DNA from: Octopus vulgaris
Taxonomy: Eukaryota
NCBI GenBank assembly: GCA_951406725.2
Contig: OX597822.1
Location: 51,522,001-51,586,000 of the forward strand
Direction of reading: 5' to 3'
DNA: 64,000 nucleotides
The notes under the pieces: generated by a model
Seen by the model: the letters and a program-made list of their open reading frames with translations, nothing else
Told to the model about the DNA's origin: nothing
Databases searched by the model: none
Position numbers and translations under genes: made by a program
Shown: in pieces, positions 13,646-27,025 of the stretch
Position numbering within the stretch: position 1 is the first letter of the stretch
Layout of the letters: the number at the start of each line of letters is the position of its first letter

Positions 13646-15750
13646 GTATATATATCTGTGTGCGTGTGTGTGTGTGTGCACTGAGAGTCACCTTCTCAAT
13701 CGCAACATTCTTTTTAAAATCTCCCTTGAGTCTTGTATGTGTTATCCTGGCCTCCTCAAACGCTTTCATTCCACTTTATATTGTTATTCACCATCCAGCT
13801 CGATCCGAAGCATGGATTTCTGTGGCCTTTGGATCCATTCCAAGTGACTTCGTGTTAGTCCTAATGCTGTCCTTAAACGTCTTTTTAGGTTTACACCGAT
13901 TGCGTTTCCCCTCTGCAAGCTAGCTATAGAAAAGCTGTTTGTTGTACGTTCATACGCCATTCGAACAATATGGCCAGACAATCCCATTTGGTTTTTCAGA
14001 ATCATTTATTTATTTAATTGAAGTGATGCCTACAGATGCAAAGACGTATATGTCTGAAGTAAAAAATAAACGTTTAATATTTAAAATGCGATGAAGGCAT
14101 TTTCGATGGAATCATTCTTACAAGTTGAAATGTCTTTCATAACACGTCCATGTTCCATAAGAATATAACAGTGATGGTAAGACAAACGATTTGTAAAGAG
14201 CCAACTTTGTGATGTTATTTATAAGTTGCTGTTGGCGTCAAACGCGTGACTCCAATCCATCAAATGCTTGTGCTTCCTTTGAATTCGCAGATGTGTCCAG
14301 ATTTTCATAATTTTGTACAGAGATCCCAAGATAAATGAAAGAGTCAACAACCTCAAGTAACTTACTCTTAACGAAATATTTAGGAGCGTTGCAAACAGCA
14401 CCATGTGCAGATTGAAACATTGCAGCTGGGGTTTTTTTCAGGTTGACGGTGAAGCCAAAATCATCACAAGCTGTGTCAAATGCAGATACAAGAGATTGCA
14501 GGCCCGTTTCAGTGTGACTGACAAGATCTCAATCGTCGGCATATAAGAGTTCTCTAATGGTTGAAGTAAAAAAAAAACTTTTGTTTTGAATTTCCGACTG
14601 ACCAGATTAAAAACATGCCCTGTTATTCGATATTTTATGTAAATATCCTCCTCCGAGTTTTGGAAAGCGTATGGCAGCACAACAGCAAAGTATGTTGCAA
14701 AAAAGGTAGGTGCATCAAGGTCACCTTGCTTTACTCCATTTTCCACGGCAAAAGATGCAGAAAGCCTACTGCCAAAAATGCCTCTAGCCTTCATATCTAG
14801 ATGCAAAGCCCTAATCATGTTAACACATTTTTCTGAGACGAATGAATATATTTAAGAGTTCAAATATTTTGTCACCCTCATATTTCAAGTTCTTTGCACA
14901 AATTCCATCGGACACAGCTAAATAACTGTCATTTAGACTTGGTTCAAATGCCATCTCCTCTATTACTGGAAGATACTCGATTTCTTCTATCATCTTCATG
15001 TCAACGGATGATGGTCAATTCAAAAGTGCAGTAAAATGCTCCCCCAACGCTTATGAATAAAAGCGATGATAGTCAAAAGCAAATGTCTATTTGGTGTTCT
15101 CACTGGTGCTATTGAAGAAACCTTTGGGACATAGACCTCCTTAAAATAAGAGTATAAACACTTGGTATCATCTCTAGCACCTGCTTCTTGCGCCTCTTTT
15201 GTTCTGTCATTCCACCATTCCTGTTTAATTTTCCTTAGAGCAGTCTGCATTTTCCGTTTCAGCTTTCTGTAAACTTCGTTTAAGTTGGGGTTCAAGAAGT
15301 GAGAAAGAAGTGCATTGCTAAGTTTTGTTTTTCTAAAATTTGATCATGTATTTCTGGTGAGATGTCTGAGAAACAGTCACTAAACTTACTCTACTTAGAT
15401 CCCTTCTGAAAACTCGCAGCCTGAAATACTTTTGTTTTGAAATCTTTTCATAGATTGTTTGGATCAAAATTGATATTTTGGAATCTTTGCAAGTCGCTTG
15501 ATAATTTAAAGTTTGTAACATTTAAGATTTTCAATACCTTAGGGCCAGACTGTCGACTTTTAAGCATTTTCGAAAAATTAATATTTTCTATGCACTAGAC
15601 GATGGTCTTTCTCGCTACTGGTAACACGTAACTCAGTATAACTTGGTCAGGTCATCGGTGACTAAACTAGCAACCCACCAAGGTTGCTTGGTGAAGAGGG
15701 TGATTCTTGATCACCGTCAAAAGGCAAAGGGTGAAGTCAACTGCCATCCA
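13337..15750 (-). mobile_element. RTE-clade (BovB-like) LINE, internally deleted and decayed
   Basis: LRKIKQEWW..EAQEA..DTKCLY, GVKQGDLDAPTFFATYF, ELLYADD, LEVVDSFIYLG, C-terminal FQCPVC..C.S....GH..IH; 5' boundary uncertain. Confidence 0.9.
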
Positions 15751-15869
15751 ATAAATAGATATTTGTGTATGGATATATATATATATATGTATGTATATAT
15801 ATGTTTGTGTATATACATATATATATACTTACACACATACATACATATATACATACATACATGCATATT

Positions 15870-16790
15870 CATCCCCAAATGCAGAACCACCCACATGGCA
15901 AAAAAATACCGGCCAATTGCATGTTAGAACTTAATGTATAAGATATATACAGCATGTTTAAACCTCTTCCTCCAAGACCATTGTGAAACCAATAACGCTA
16001 TCACAGTAGAACAAGCAGCTGGGAAGAATTGCCGAGCAATTGCCAATCAACAAAGTGTGATGTCAGAGGTGCGAGAGCATAGGATGATCCTAGTTTCAAT
16101 GTGGCTAGATAAGAAGAAAGCCTTTGATTCTGTTCCTCACTCATCGATGCTAGACGCCCTTTAACATGCTAAAGTTCCATTGAGAATAGTCAAAGCCAAT
16201 AGTCCGAAAATATCATCTACCGATGAGACGTGACTTTGTAGCTAGGACACTCTATAATGAAATCCGTCGGAAGTATGATCCCGACAACAAAGAAATAAAT
16301 ACCCACAATATGATAGAAGTCATAGCCACTTATAATGAAAAGGAATACTGGTGGAATGTACCAGTGAAGACCTTGATAAAATGTAAGCACAACAGGCCTG
16401 ATATAATGATTTGGTATAGAGAAGAAAAACCGTGCACAGTTGTAGAAATTATCTGACCAGCGGCTGTTAAGATAAAGCTGAAGATCAGGGAGAATGAGAG
16501 CACCTAAGCTGAGCTATTGAGAAATCTACAGTTACTCTATCCAGATTACAAGTTCAGGTTTATACCTGAAATTTTGGGGATCTAGGATATATAACACACT
16601 GCCTACATACCAATCTTGAGAAATTCTCAAAACCAGAAAGCAGAAAGCTAATTCGCAGGCTATAGATCCAATCCATCACTAGAAATGTAAAAGTCTGTAA
16701 AAATCTGTAAAATTTTAAATATATATGAGCATGTCTAGAAATATAACTCTATACATGAGAATACATAAACAAAACATACAAATCTGCACA
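15870..16790 (+). mobile_element. RLE-type (R4/NeSL-like) LINE remnant with large internal deletion, flanked by (TACA)n
   Basis: KKYRPIACLNLMYKIYT, WLDKKKAFDSVPHS, RRDFVAR (RHD), KHNRPDIMIW..CTVVEI (PD..E endonuclease). Confidence 0.88.
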
Positions 16791-16885
16791 TACATACATA
16801 TATGCATGCGTGCATACATACACACATAAATACATACATAAATACATACATACATACATACATACATACATACATACATACATGC

Positions 16886-16925
<40 letters not shown>
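16790..16925. repeat. (TACA)n microsatellite
   Basis: seen directly. Confidence 0.95.
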
Positions 16926-16926
<1 letters not shown>

Positions 16927-16944
16927 GACATAGTCTTGGTCATG

Positions 16945-17347
16945 TGATAGTTAGAAATTTGCCTCCAGCCACATGGTTCCTGGTTCAGTCCCATTGCATG
17001 GTACATTGGTGTTTTCTACAATAGCGTCGGGCCAACCAAGCCTTTGTAATGGATTTGATAAACGAAAAATTATGGAAGTCCGACCAGGCTCTCTGGTAAG
17101 AAATTTGCTTCCAAACCACATTGTTTCGGGTTTAGTCGCACGGTATAGGACCTTGGGCAAGTGCATTCTGTTATAACTACGAGTTTATTAATGACTTGTG
17201 CGTGAATTTTATTGATGGAAAAGGAATGAATCGTGTCGATTCAGCAAAACAGAGCGATGGAATATATACCAAGCTTAAAACAATAAATACTACGATCAAT
17301 TCATTCGACTAAAAAATTTTCAACGTAGTGCCGCAGCATGGCTTCAG
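16945..17347 (+). mobile_element. two tandem decayed SINE family A heads plus tail
   Basis: CCACATGGTTCC.GGTTCAGTCCCA (~16970) and CCACATTGTTTCGGGTTTAGTC..CCTTGGGCAAGT (~17116-17162), then ..CAGCATGGC tail. Confidence 0.75.
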
Positions 17348-17350
17348 ATA

Positions 17351-17435
<85 letters not shown>

Positions 17436-19753
17436 CGTGCGTGTGTGTGTGTATGTGTGTGTGTGTGTGTGTTTATGTATGTATGTATATATATATATTA
17501 ATGTTTAATCTTTATGTAAAAGTAATTATATAAACATTTGAATATCAAATTAGAGAATCACTCAACGCTGTGTTACTATATATATTTTTACATGAAAATG
17601 CTTGGTAGAGATATCCACATTTTCCTCCTGCACGCCGTGATCAATCTAATAATGGCCAGTACCCGATATCTGAACATCATTGTTATTCTGTGCTTTGTTC
17701 ACATCCACATACATGTAATCATTGCATATGGAATGACATAAAAATATATATGTAAACATAGGCACAAAAACTTGATATTCTAATAAAACATTTTCTTTTG
17801 CAACTCATTAATTGAATTGAGATATGGAATCCCAGCACAAAATCATTTCACACCTAGAAATAATGGTATTGAGAATATAACACAATAACCTGCACAAGCA
17901 CATAACAAAAGACACGTACGCAAATCAAACATACACACACTTACACACATTGAGGAAAAGTTAGCTCGGCATGCCAATCACACTGTAATTAAAGTAGAAA
18001 TCGTTGCTACAGCAACTTATTTCAAGTCATTAATATCATAGAAAACGCTCGCATACACTACACCATACATAAACTTGTATCTCCTCTCACAAATGATTAA
18101 ACAGATGCGCCAGTAAATTATAAGATCTATCACTAAAAACTTTTTCTATTAGTAGCCATTTATAACGAATGTTAATTTCATCTGATAAATGCATTTTCCA
18201 GTGTCATGTAAAATTCATTTATGCAGTCCATCTCTCTTTAAACGTAACTTCGTTTAACTTTTTTAGCGTTAGCATTTTATTTATTGACAACGATATTAAT
18301 GTTCTCCAATTATTTGCTTCAATAGAATAATGTTAACTAATGTAGTCATTTTCCATTCCTACTGCATTTAAAAGATCGTGGTTGTAAGAGGTTCATTATG
18401 ATTGCTCCAACATTTGTAATGAGGCTGTAACACAGTTACATCCGAATAATAAGCAGAAAGGGTAAATGAAACGTTAGGCTAAAAATGTATTGCATTGCTA
18501 GGGAATGCATTGCTATAAATAAGTCCAACATTTATTAAGCTATTAAATGCAATGTTTTTCTTACATGCAATGACACTCGATTCGGAAAATTATATCACTA
18601 TACGAACCACCTTTTGGTTTGCTACTCTATGGAGTTACTGTTTAATAAAATGCTTGTCTTTGAGAAATATTCAGTAATACATACAAGGCCAATCGTTTAA
18701 ATATGCTTAAATAGAGATATATAGCTAAAGCGAAAGAAAAAATTCTGATAATTGCAAATTAATGCCTCTTATCACCTCCCCTATCAAATATCACTATATT
18801 CATCACTGATTTCACTGGTTACATAATGCCCGTGCAAGATTGCCGTCCTTAAGGATATTATATTCACATCTGTCAGTCTGGTATACATTTTCGTTAGAAA
18901 CAATATCAGGATCGTCGTATCCGCATGTAAGGAAAACACATCAATATCTATAGAATAATTATGTTCCTAGAATTATATTTATTAGCCGGAGGAACATCCT
19001 CCTGCCACGTTCCTGAAGTCACTAAATAATATGTATTCATTTGATCAGTAATTTGGGTGATTTTTTTTTACTAATATATAACACCAAATATTCCTAGGTA
19101 TCATTTATTCGTCTAATAGTTCTCATTCAGTCAATACACAATTGCAGATGTACGGAGCTAGGAATTTTTTTTTTTTAAATTCTCATTCATCACATGAATT
19201 ACAATAAGATGAACAATGGGTTAAGGGTTCTGAGCCAAATTATCTATTGTAAATATATTGCAGATTTCATCTTATAGTCTTTATCATGTACAATAACAGC
19301 CTCCCCAATTGGTTACATTTTTTGTGGAAAAGTCCGCAAAATTAAATACTTGTAAGAAATTTATATAAGGAAATCTATATAAGAAAATTAAAAGCACTTT
19401 CTTTATTTCGCTTGCTATTTCGTCAGCAACATCCAACAAATATGAAAGGATGTTTGGAATAAACTTATAATTTAAAGAAATGTTTTCACTGATTTGTGAA
19501 AATATTAAGGCAATCCATAAAGAAAGACGTTAAAAAGTGTTATTTTACTGTGTAAGACAACTATATTTGTAATAGAATCGTGTCACTGAAATCTTTCATA
19601 ATAGTGTTAATAACCATGTTGAAAAAATATATCAAATCTGGAATTTCAACTATTTTCTGGCTAGTGCAGATTTTAATAAATACTTTTAGTAAAAGCTTTA
19701 TACTGATAACTAATTAATGGGCAGCTTTCTTTATTGTTTTATAAACACGTATA

Positions 19754-19973
19754 CGGCGAGCTGCCAGAAACTTTAGCGCGCCGGGCGAAATGCTTAGCGG
19801 TATTTCGTCTATCGTTACGTTCTGAGTTCAAATTCCGCTGAGGTCGACTTTACATTTCATCCTCTCGGGGTCGATAAATAAAGTACCAGTTTCGCACTGG
19901 GTCGATGTAATCGACTTAATCCGTTTGTCTGTTCTTGTTTGACCCCTGTATGTTTAGCTCCTTGTGGGTAATA
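19754..19973 (+). mobile_element. tRNA-derived SINE, family B (GGCGGCGAGCTGGCAGAA head)
   Basis: colinear with 52848-53078; B-box-like GAGTTCAAATTC; TTTCATCC..CGGGGTCGATAAA core; CCTTGTGGGTAATA end. Confidence 0.92.
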
Positions 19974-20104
19974 TATATATATATATATATGTGTGTTTGT
20001 GTGTGTAGAGAGAGAGAGATAGTGAGAGAGAGACACACACACACACAGCTAGAGACAGACAGACAGTCAGAAGAAGAGAGGGAGAGAGGGAGAGAGGGAA
20101 ACAG

Positions 20105-20270
20105 TGACGCCAATCTTTCAGATTCTATCAAATCCACCTAAATTGCTTTGGCTTAGTTGCAAATATAGTCGAAGACAACTGACTGCACAAGATGACGCGT
20201 TATGGGATTGAAGGCAGACGCATATGACTGAATAGCAAGCTTCTTACCAAACAGCTATACCTGCACCTAC
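20105..20270 (-). mobile_element. SINE family A head, decayed
   Basis: TTTCAG..CTATCAAATCCAC..TATAGTCGAAGACA..GCAAGCTTCTTACC..ACAGC..CCTGCACC is the reverse complement of the family A 5' half. Confidence 0.65.
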
Positions 20271-20853
20271 ATAATAACAAGCATCAAAAAAATAATTCAA
20301 TGCAATATATTACGGCAGAGACCATGAATCCACACCAGGTGCTAAAATATTAGCTGATTACATTAGGTGTGTGTGTGTGAGAGAGTTTGTGTGTCTGTGT
20401 GTGTGTGTATGTGTGTGTGTGTGTGTGTATGTTTGTGTGTGTGTGTGTGTGTGTGTATGATTACAAAAACAGTTGACGCCTAGCAATGGATGTTTTCTTA
20501 AGAGCAAAGTACAAAATCAGGAAAAATACACAGATGCAGCAGCCTAGCAATAAATTATTAACTTTATTGATTGCTGAAACTAACTTGGCATTAACGGCTA
20601 AAATATATAAATCAGGTTTAGATATTGGTTAATATAAGGTTAGGTTCAATGCAACGCAATAATAAATCCAACTCTACAGTTCCCAGCCTACATCGTGCAC
20701 CAATACTACATGTACTCACACGCGTGTATCTACGTAACTATACTATCACATATAGTCACATTTTGGCACATTGTTTTATTTATTTCAGTAATTGGATAAC
20801 GTCCATGGCTGGCACCTCCTTCAAATGTTTCCTCGAGGAAGTCAGCCCGGCAC

Positions 20854-21046
<193 letters not shown>

Positions 21047-21049
21047 ATA

Positions 21050-21490
21050 CCAAATTAATAAATAAAGCATAAACACAAAACCAAGGAACTGGACACTTTT
21101 CTTAAACAACGAAAAAATAGAGTACAGGACAAATAACACAAGGAAAATTCCCCTTCTTCTGTCGCCATGGTTTCATCTACTCTGCGTATGTATGTATGTA
21201 TGTATGTATATGACAAAATAGCTATTCCGGCTCCCCGCCGCATCAACATCACAGCTAGAATCCACATCCTTACTATGTTCCTACATAAGCTTCTCATATA
21301 TCTTCATTTATCCATGTTGGTCCTTCGCATGTTCGTACAGTACTGAGAACTGTTTTTGTCGACATTTTGTCTCAAATGTTCATTTAGTCTTTCCACAATG
21401 CTCCTCGGTGGTATACTGATGAGAACTCGATCTTTGATGACTAATAATGAGGTGGGGTTGACAAAAACTATTCTTAGTTCATACAAAATA
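21050..21490 (-). mobile_element. probable Penelope-like 3' end: GIY-YIG C-terminal remnant plus terminal-repeat-like segment
   Basis: RSIVERLNEHL and SVLYEHAKDQH resemble the R..R..EH....SA...H...H part of Penelope GIY-YIG; 21050-21187 is similar in character to the 61580-61800 segment. Confidence 0.5.
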
Positions 21491-22004
21491 TGCAGATTAA
21501 AATATACAAGAAAAATATGAGCTTATATATAATGCATAGCAATAGGAATACATAAGATGATAAATTTATTTAAAAAATACAGGAATTTTTTATGTCCAAA
21601 AGCAAATCAAACTTGAATTTAAACTGGATTGGAAACGATATTGATTTAAGAGATGGTGGTGAACTAAGGCAAAATAAAATAATAATGCAATCGAAATTAT
21701 CTACGATGAAACGTAGTGAATCGAAATATATTAATAGAAATTGGTGTTAACATGACAATGATCTAGTAGCTAAAACTCTATAAAGAAGAGTTTTAATCTT
21801 CCATACATTATGGGAAGTATGTTTTACTTTGTAGGAGGCAAGAAAAATGTTTTTCACACACACAGCAAAAAGAAGTGAATATAATACGTTTGGAGAAGAC
21901 AAAGGAAGCGATTGTTAGACATTGTAATTTGCAGATGTTCGACATCTGAAATCATAAAATTCGCAGGTGCCTTTTGGCATTACAATAAATTCTTTATAAG
22001 AAAG

Positions 22005-22200
22005 TGAGCTATCAGAATAGATAGAATGTCGGTAAATGTGCCATGCATTATTTCCTTCGGCTCTCAACAATCTGTGTTCAATTTACGCCGAGGTCAAAGT
22101 TATCTTCCCTCCCCACAGAGTAGAGAAGATGAAATTTGTCAAGTTCTTGGGTAATGTAATTGAGTAAATAACTGCCTTAAAAATTCCTGTAGCTCTGCTT
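22005..22200 (+). mobile_element. SINE family B, very old copy
   Basis: GTGAGCT..CAGAAT..TAG, CTGTGTTCAATTTACGCCGAGGTCAA recognisable. Confidence 0.55.
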
Positions 22201-22716
22201 AACTTAGTATATGTTAATTTTATGATAGTTGCGCTCATTTCAATTTCTTAACGTGTCACTCTTTTATCTTTGTTTTATCACTTCGATACATTTCCGAAAC
22301 TTTCACTAGAGCCTACATTTCCCCACTGCTGTGACGTCTATGAGGAAAATATCGATTTCACAGTTAAGGGACTTTAGAATGTCCGATCTATTACCTTCTC
22401 ATTCATACAGCTGGATGTCCAGACCAAGAGAACCACAAGATGCAGTTTATACCAAGAGTTTCCTAGGCACATTTCAACATTGTGGGTATTAGCAACCTTT
22501 GCATTGGGTGCTCATTTGGATGCAGACCCACAACGGTTTTGAGAGGAATTCATTTTATTATGTTTAAAAAGAACAATATGCTAATCCAATATTACTTGTA
22601 AATGATTTTATTTAGTAATATTAATTTGAAAACACACACACAAGTATATACACATGCCTATACTTTTGTACATACACACACTCACTCAAACATACACTCA
22701 CACACATACGCTCTCT

Positions 22717-22756
<40 letters not shown>

Positions 22757-24714
22757 AACATATATATAAAGGTATGATCAGACCTCAATGAGGGTTGTCT
22801 TGTTCTATGTCGGCAACATGTATATTATTTAGTAAAATCGATAAAAGGAGTAGAGTAAACTTGCCTGGATGATTAGAATATTTCAGTGACAGTCTTACGT
22901 TAGGAGAACATTTGAAAGGAGGAGAACATTTGAATGAGGGAAGACGAGTTTTATATCTCTAATTAATTTGCATCGTTAAAATGGTAGTTGTGAATATTAT
23001 TTCATGAAATGATCTGAAATTCAACAAAATCAAAGTATTAGAAACGCCAGCTTTCGAGGTGATTGAAACCGCCCAATAAAAAATAAAATGTGTGTATGTG
23101 TGTACGTGTGCGTGCGTGTGTGTGTGTGTATTATCTAGAAAATTATTCTAAGGATCCTGATGATGAGGTATGTTTCTCGTCTGTGTTAAATCAATAACTT
23201 GAATACATAAACTCCGCTATAACTATTGTGCGTTCAATTCCTGTGTATGTTTGATATTTACATGTTTGATAACGTCACCATTAAAACATTCGTAAAAGTA
23301 GCTCAACTTTCAGTTCATTGCTAGATATATATTTACTGGAAATTTATAGAATTACAGTAAATGAGAAATAAACATGTCTAGATGTTATCCAGTGAGGCTT
23401 ATACATAACTTTCATGAAATGATTGCTAACAGAATTTGAAAGTAATTACTGGACACGTTTCAATCTACAATCTACATATAAAAATTTGCGTTATATTTTA
23501 TTAACGTAGAAAATCAATTTCATAGTGAAAGTATATCGTCAGTTGAACATACATCACTGCATTATTGGCGTGCATATATTTTGGTGGAGACTTGGATTCA
23601 AATTAAATCCACCCTATAGAGATTTCATTAGCGAAGAGCAAACAGTTTTGTTTAATATTATAGCGATATCTTGCCACAACTAGTAATAATTTAATATAAT
23701 CATTCATGTGAAAATTATTGCAAAATTTTCATCACACACTTCTATTTCCTTGCATGCCAATATATTACATAAATATTTAATCTCACAGTCTTTTATCAAT
23801 TCTGACCATATCTTAATGAAGCCATTATAATCGTGAACGGTGGTAGCAGAATAGGAGTAGAAAACTAGATTTGTCGTTGCTTTAGCTCATAATTAAATAG
23901 AAACATAAATTTTTTAAACAACTAATAGTGTATTTTCATTGGTACCTGTTTATATTATTTTCTGAATATATAAAAGCACTCATAATTATAACAAAAACAT
24001 TAATACTGACTATTTGAAGGAAATTAATATTGACTATTTGAAGGAAAAATGCGACTTTTACATTGTGCTTCCCTATACCTAAGTCAGCAAAACGATAACA
24101 ACCGAAGAAGATCAGCGCCAAATATTTGCTCAATGAAGGAATTACACTGTCGCAATAATTTGCAACTGCGCATCAATAGCACTTGGAAATTTACGAGAAT
24201 CTCTTTAGCTAGCAGTGTTCATCATTGTTCCAGATACTTCACTGTCCTAAATATAATCTATATGAATTCGATGTTTGCAAATCGATTGTTGATTATGATC
24301 ACTGTCACTTAGGTTACAATACTATAACTCAAGTGACATCATTAAAGACGTCAATAGGGTTTCTTATGTCTTCTGGCTTTTAGACAGATATTTTCCAACC
24401 TATAACAAAGATTTTGAAAAGCGAAGTACATGATAAGAGCTTCAATTATTTAATGATTAACTCTTCAATATAAAAATAAATGACATGAACGGCTGAATAA
24501 GATAATCATCTACCATCACAGAGGAGACGATTGCTAATTTGTTATGAATTTCAATACTTTTCTGTTGTTCTGGGGCCGAGCACAGTTTCCACAGTTCAGC
24601 CTGAATAGATACCAAATTAGTTTGGAATGTAAATTCCAGTAGAATGGTATGATTTGTTAGAGAACATGTACGTATTTTTAGCTTCGTGAAATTTAAGTTA
24701 ATGCTAATATAGTT

Positions 24715-25004
24715 TGTTGTGTCTGGGGAGAGTCATTCTCTTTTAGTGCCTTATTATTTAACACACCGCTAAAATTTCCACTTATTTCTTATTTTTATAT
24801 TCTAAAATTTTCGTTGCGTGTTGCAAACTTTTCAATAGTCTTTTCAAGAGTCTAGACTATTGAAAAGGTTGCAACACGCAACGAAGATTTTAGAATATAA
24901 AAATAAGAAATAAGTGGAAATTTTACCGGTGAGTGTGTTAAATAATGAGGCACTAACACACGAACTCATATAAAGAATCTTGCAAAACAAATCCAAAAGC
25001 GAAA
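24715..25004. mobile_element. ~290-bp insertion containing a ~100-bp-arm inverted repeat, flanked by 12-bp TSD
   Basis: arms 24743-24841 and 24854-24956; GCTAATATAGTT repeated at 24703-24714 and 25005-25016; single-arm copy at 41436-41570. Confidence 0.85.
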
Positions 25005-25551
25005 GCTAATATAGTTGTTATATTGAAAACATTATAATATTACAGCATTTGACCTATGTTATCAAAATATTTTAATTGGAATATTGATAACGTTGCCAAT
25101 TTAGCTGTGTTATTAATTTTTAAACATTTAGTACGTAGTTAATTTTTTATTAAATAAAACTGAAAGTGTTGCATCACACCGATTTTTTCTGTTTGTTTTC
25201 GTTTGTTTTTTTATTTTGTATTTGCACCATTTTTCTGAACCTATTTGCATATTACTTCAGGTAAAGTCTCCCTACATACAGTATGAGACTGCTATTGGTT
25301 ATTCTAATTATCAGCATCCAGTGTTCTCTTCTTCCTCTCTCCCTCAACTGCTCTCCCTTTCTCTCTCTCTCCCTCCTTCTCTGTCCTCCTCAATCCAATG
25401 TGCATTCACTTCCCCTGTTCATATATTTAATATTCAGTAACATCTGTTACATCGATGTATATTTAACTAGTATATCCATCTGTTGACATCATACTTCTCA
25501 ATCACCTTAACACACACACACATGTGTGCGTGCGTGTATGAACATATATGA

Positions 25552-25595
<44 letters not shown>

Positions 25596-26846
25596 ATGTG
25601 TGTGTGTGTGTGTGTACGTATATACATACATATATACACATTATCTAAATGACTGAGGTGAATACTTGATCAGATTTTAATTTATGAACCTATTCGAGAT
25701 TAGAGATGAAATCGTTACAATTTATGGCAAGACGTAGCCGAATATATTTATTCACTAATATATGTTAATTTTCATTGATGAAAATGAGATCAATAGTAGA
25801 AGAATTGTTAGCTGGTAGTTAACATGTTTAACATGAATAAGAACATTGTTATAAATACGTTTATTTATCCGCTATGTATAGCGATTTATCTCTCCATAAT
25901 ATAATAATAATTGATCATATAAATAACGATCAGTCTTCCAAGATCAATATTTGAATAGCTGATTACATTTTTTATTAAATATTCTCAGGATGATACAAGT
26001 TGCATAATTATTTTCACCTTTTTATTCTCCAGTCCGTATTAATTCCCTGGATACTATATATGAATATTCAAATAATATGAAAATATTTATTGCATTCCGC
26101 TGATTAATAAGCTAATCGATATTTGACTGATTAATTACCTGCTTCCCAATCAAGGCGTGTTTTTATGTTAGAAGTTATACAATGTCTGTTCCGAATTTAT
26201 GAATATTAATAACCAGTCAAAAAATTATGCAAATTTTGAAACCATCATTAGCCTTTTAACTTTCAATTTCAATTGTTATTTGAAAGGATGCTTTTGATGC
26301 ATTTTCTAAATTTAAATATTTCTGCATAAATGGTTCGTATGCTGAAAAATATTTTTTATACTTTGGGATTAGTTTTAACATTAAGACGAATCACGGTTTT
26401 ATATTTTAAAGCATTTTGGTGTTTCTACATTAAATCACAGATGGATCTGTCTAAATACATGAACGGATAAGCTACATGCGCATTGAAATTACCCTTCCCT
26501 GGCGCCTAATCGTTAATTTTTCTTAGACGAATAATTAAACATGAGCAGAGAGGCTTCAAAAACAGTGGCAAATCGTATGAGGTGATAGGCCAGCTGTTGT
26601 GCACAGAAAATGAAGGAATATACATGGACTAGACATATACAGCTCTTATATTTAGAAAAAAAGAAATGTACTGAGACTAGATATATAGTCCTTGTATGTT
26701 CATTCTCGATGCAACTTTTGCCTTAAGTTCTTCTCTCAAGTATCATTCAGTTTGCTGTACTAAATACAAATGAAGGTAACACAAAGTGGCTGTCAGAAAA
26801 GTGAGCCGTGTAAAAGAGAGAATAGTAATGTTCGCAGCACACTATC

Positions 26847-26886
<40 letters not shown>

Positions 26887-26902
26887 AATAATAATAATAA
26901 TA

Positions 26903-27025
26903 AATATAGCATGCCCAACTGACAACAAGGTATGCGATAAGGAAGAAAGAGAAGTTGATATCTATGACAGATTAACTTGGGATGTAAAGTAATTATGATC
27001 GATGAAAAAGTCGGTAGTTGCAATC
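26903..27025 (+). mobile_element. R4-like RLE endonuclease fragment
   Basis: NIACPTDNKVCDKEEREVDIYDRLTWDVK (DIACP.D....KE.EK..KY..L) next to (ACA)n(ATA)n. Confidence 0.75.

Noticed and set aside
18810-19020. Short open frames on the minus strand after a possible acceptor
   Set aside because: Two frames are open equally, no recognisable motif or good donor; compatible with chance.
22903-24047. Short direct duplications (GGAGAACATTTGAA x2 near 22903; 24-bp ATTAATA.TGACTATTTGAAGGAA x2 near 24000)
   Set aside because: Only two adjacent units each, no spacers; ordinary slippage duplications, not CRISPR-like.
26526-26581. Possible micro-exon between TTTTCTTAG and GAG|GTGATA
   Set aside because: Weak donor, no partner exons or homology visible.
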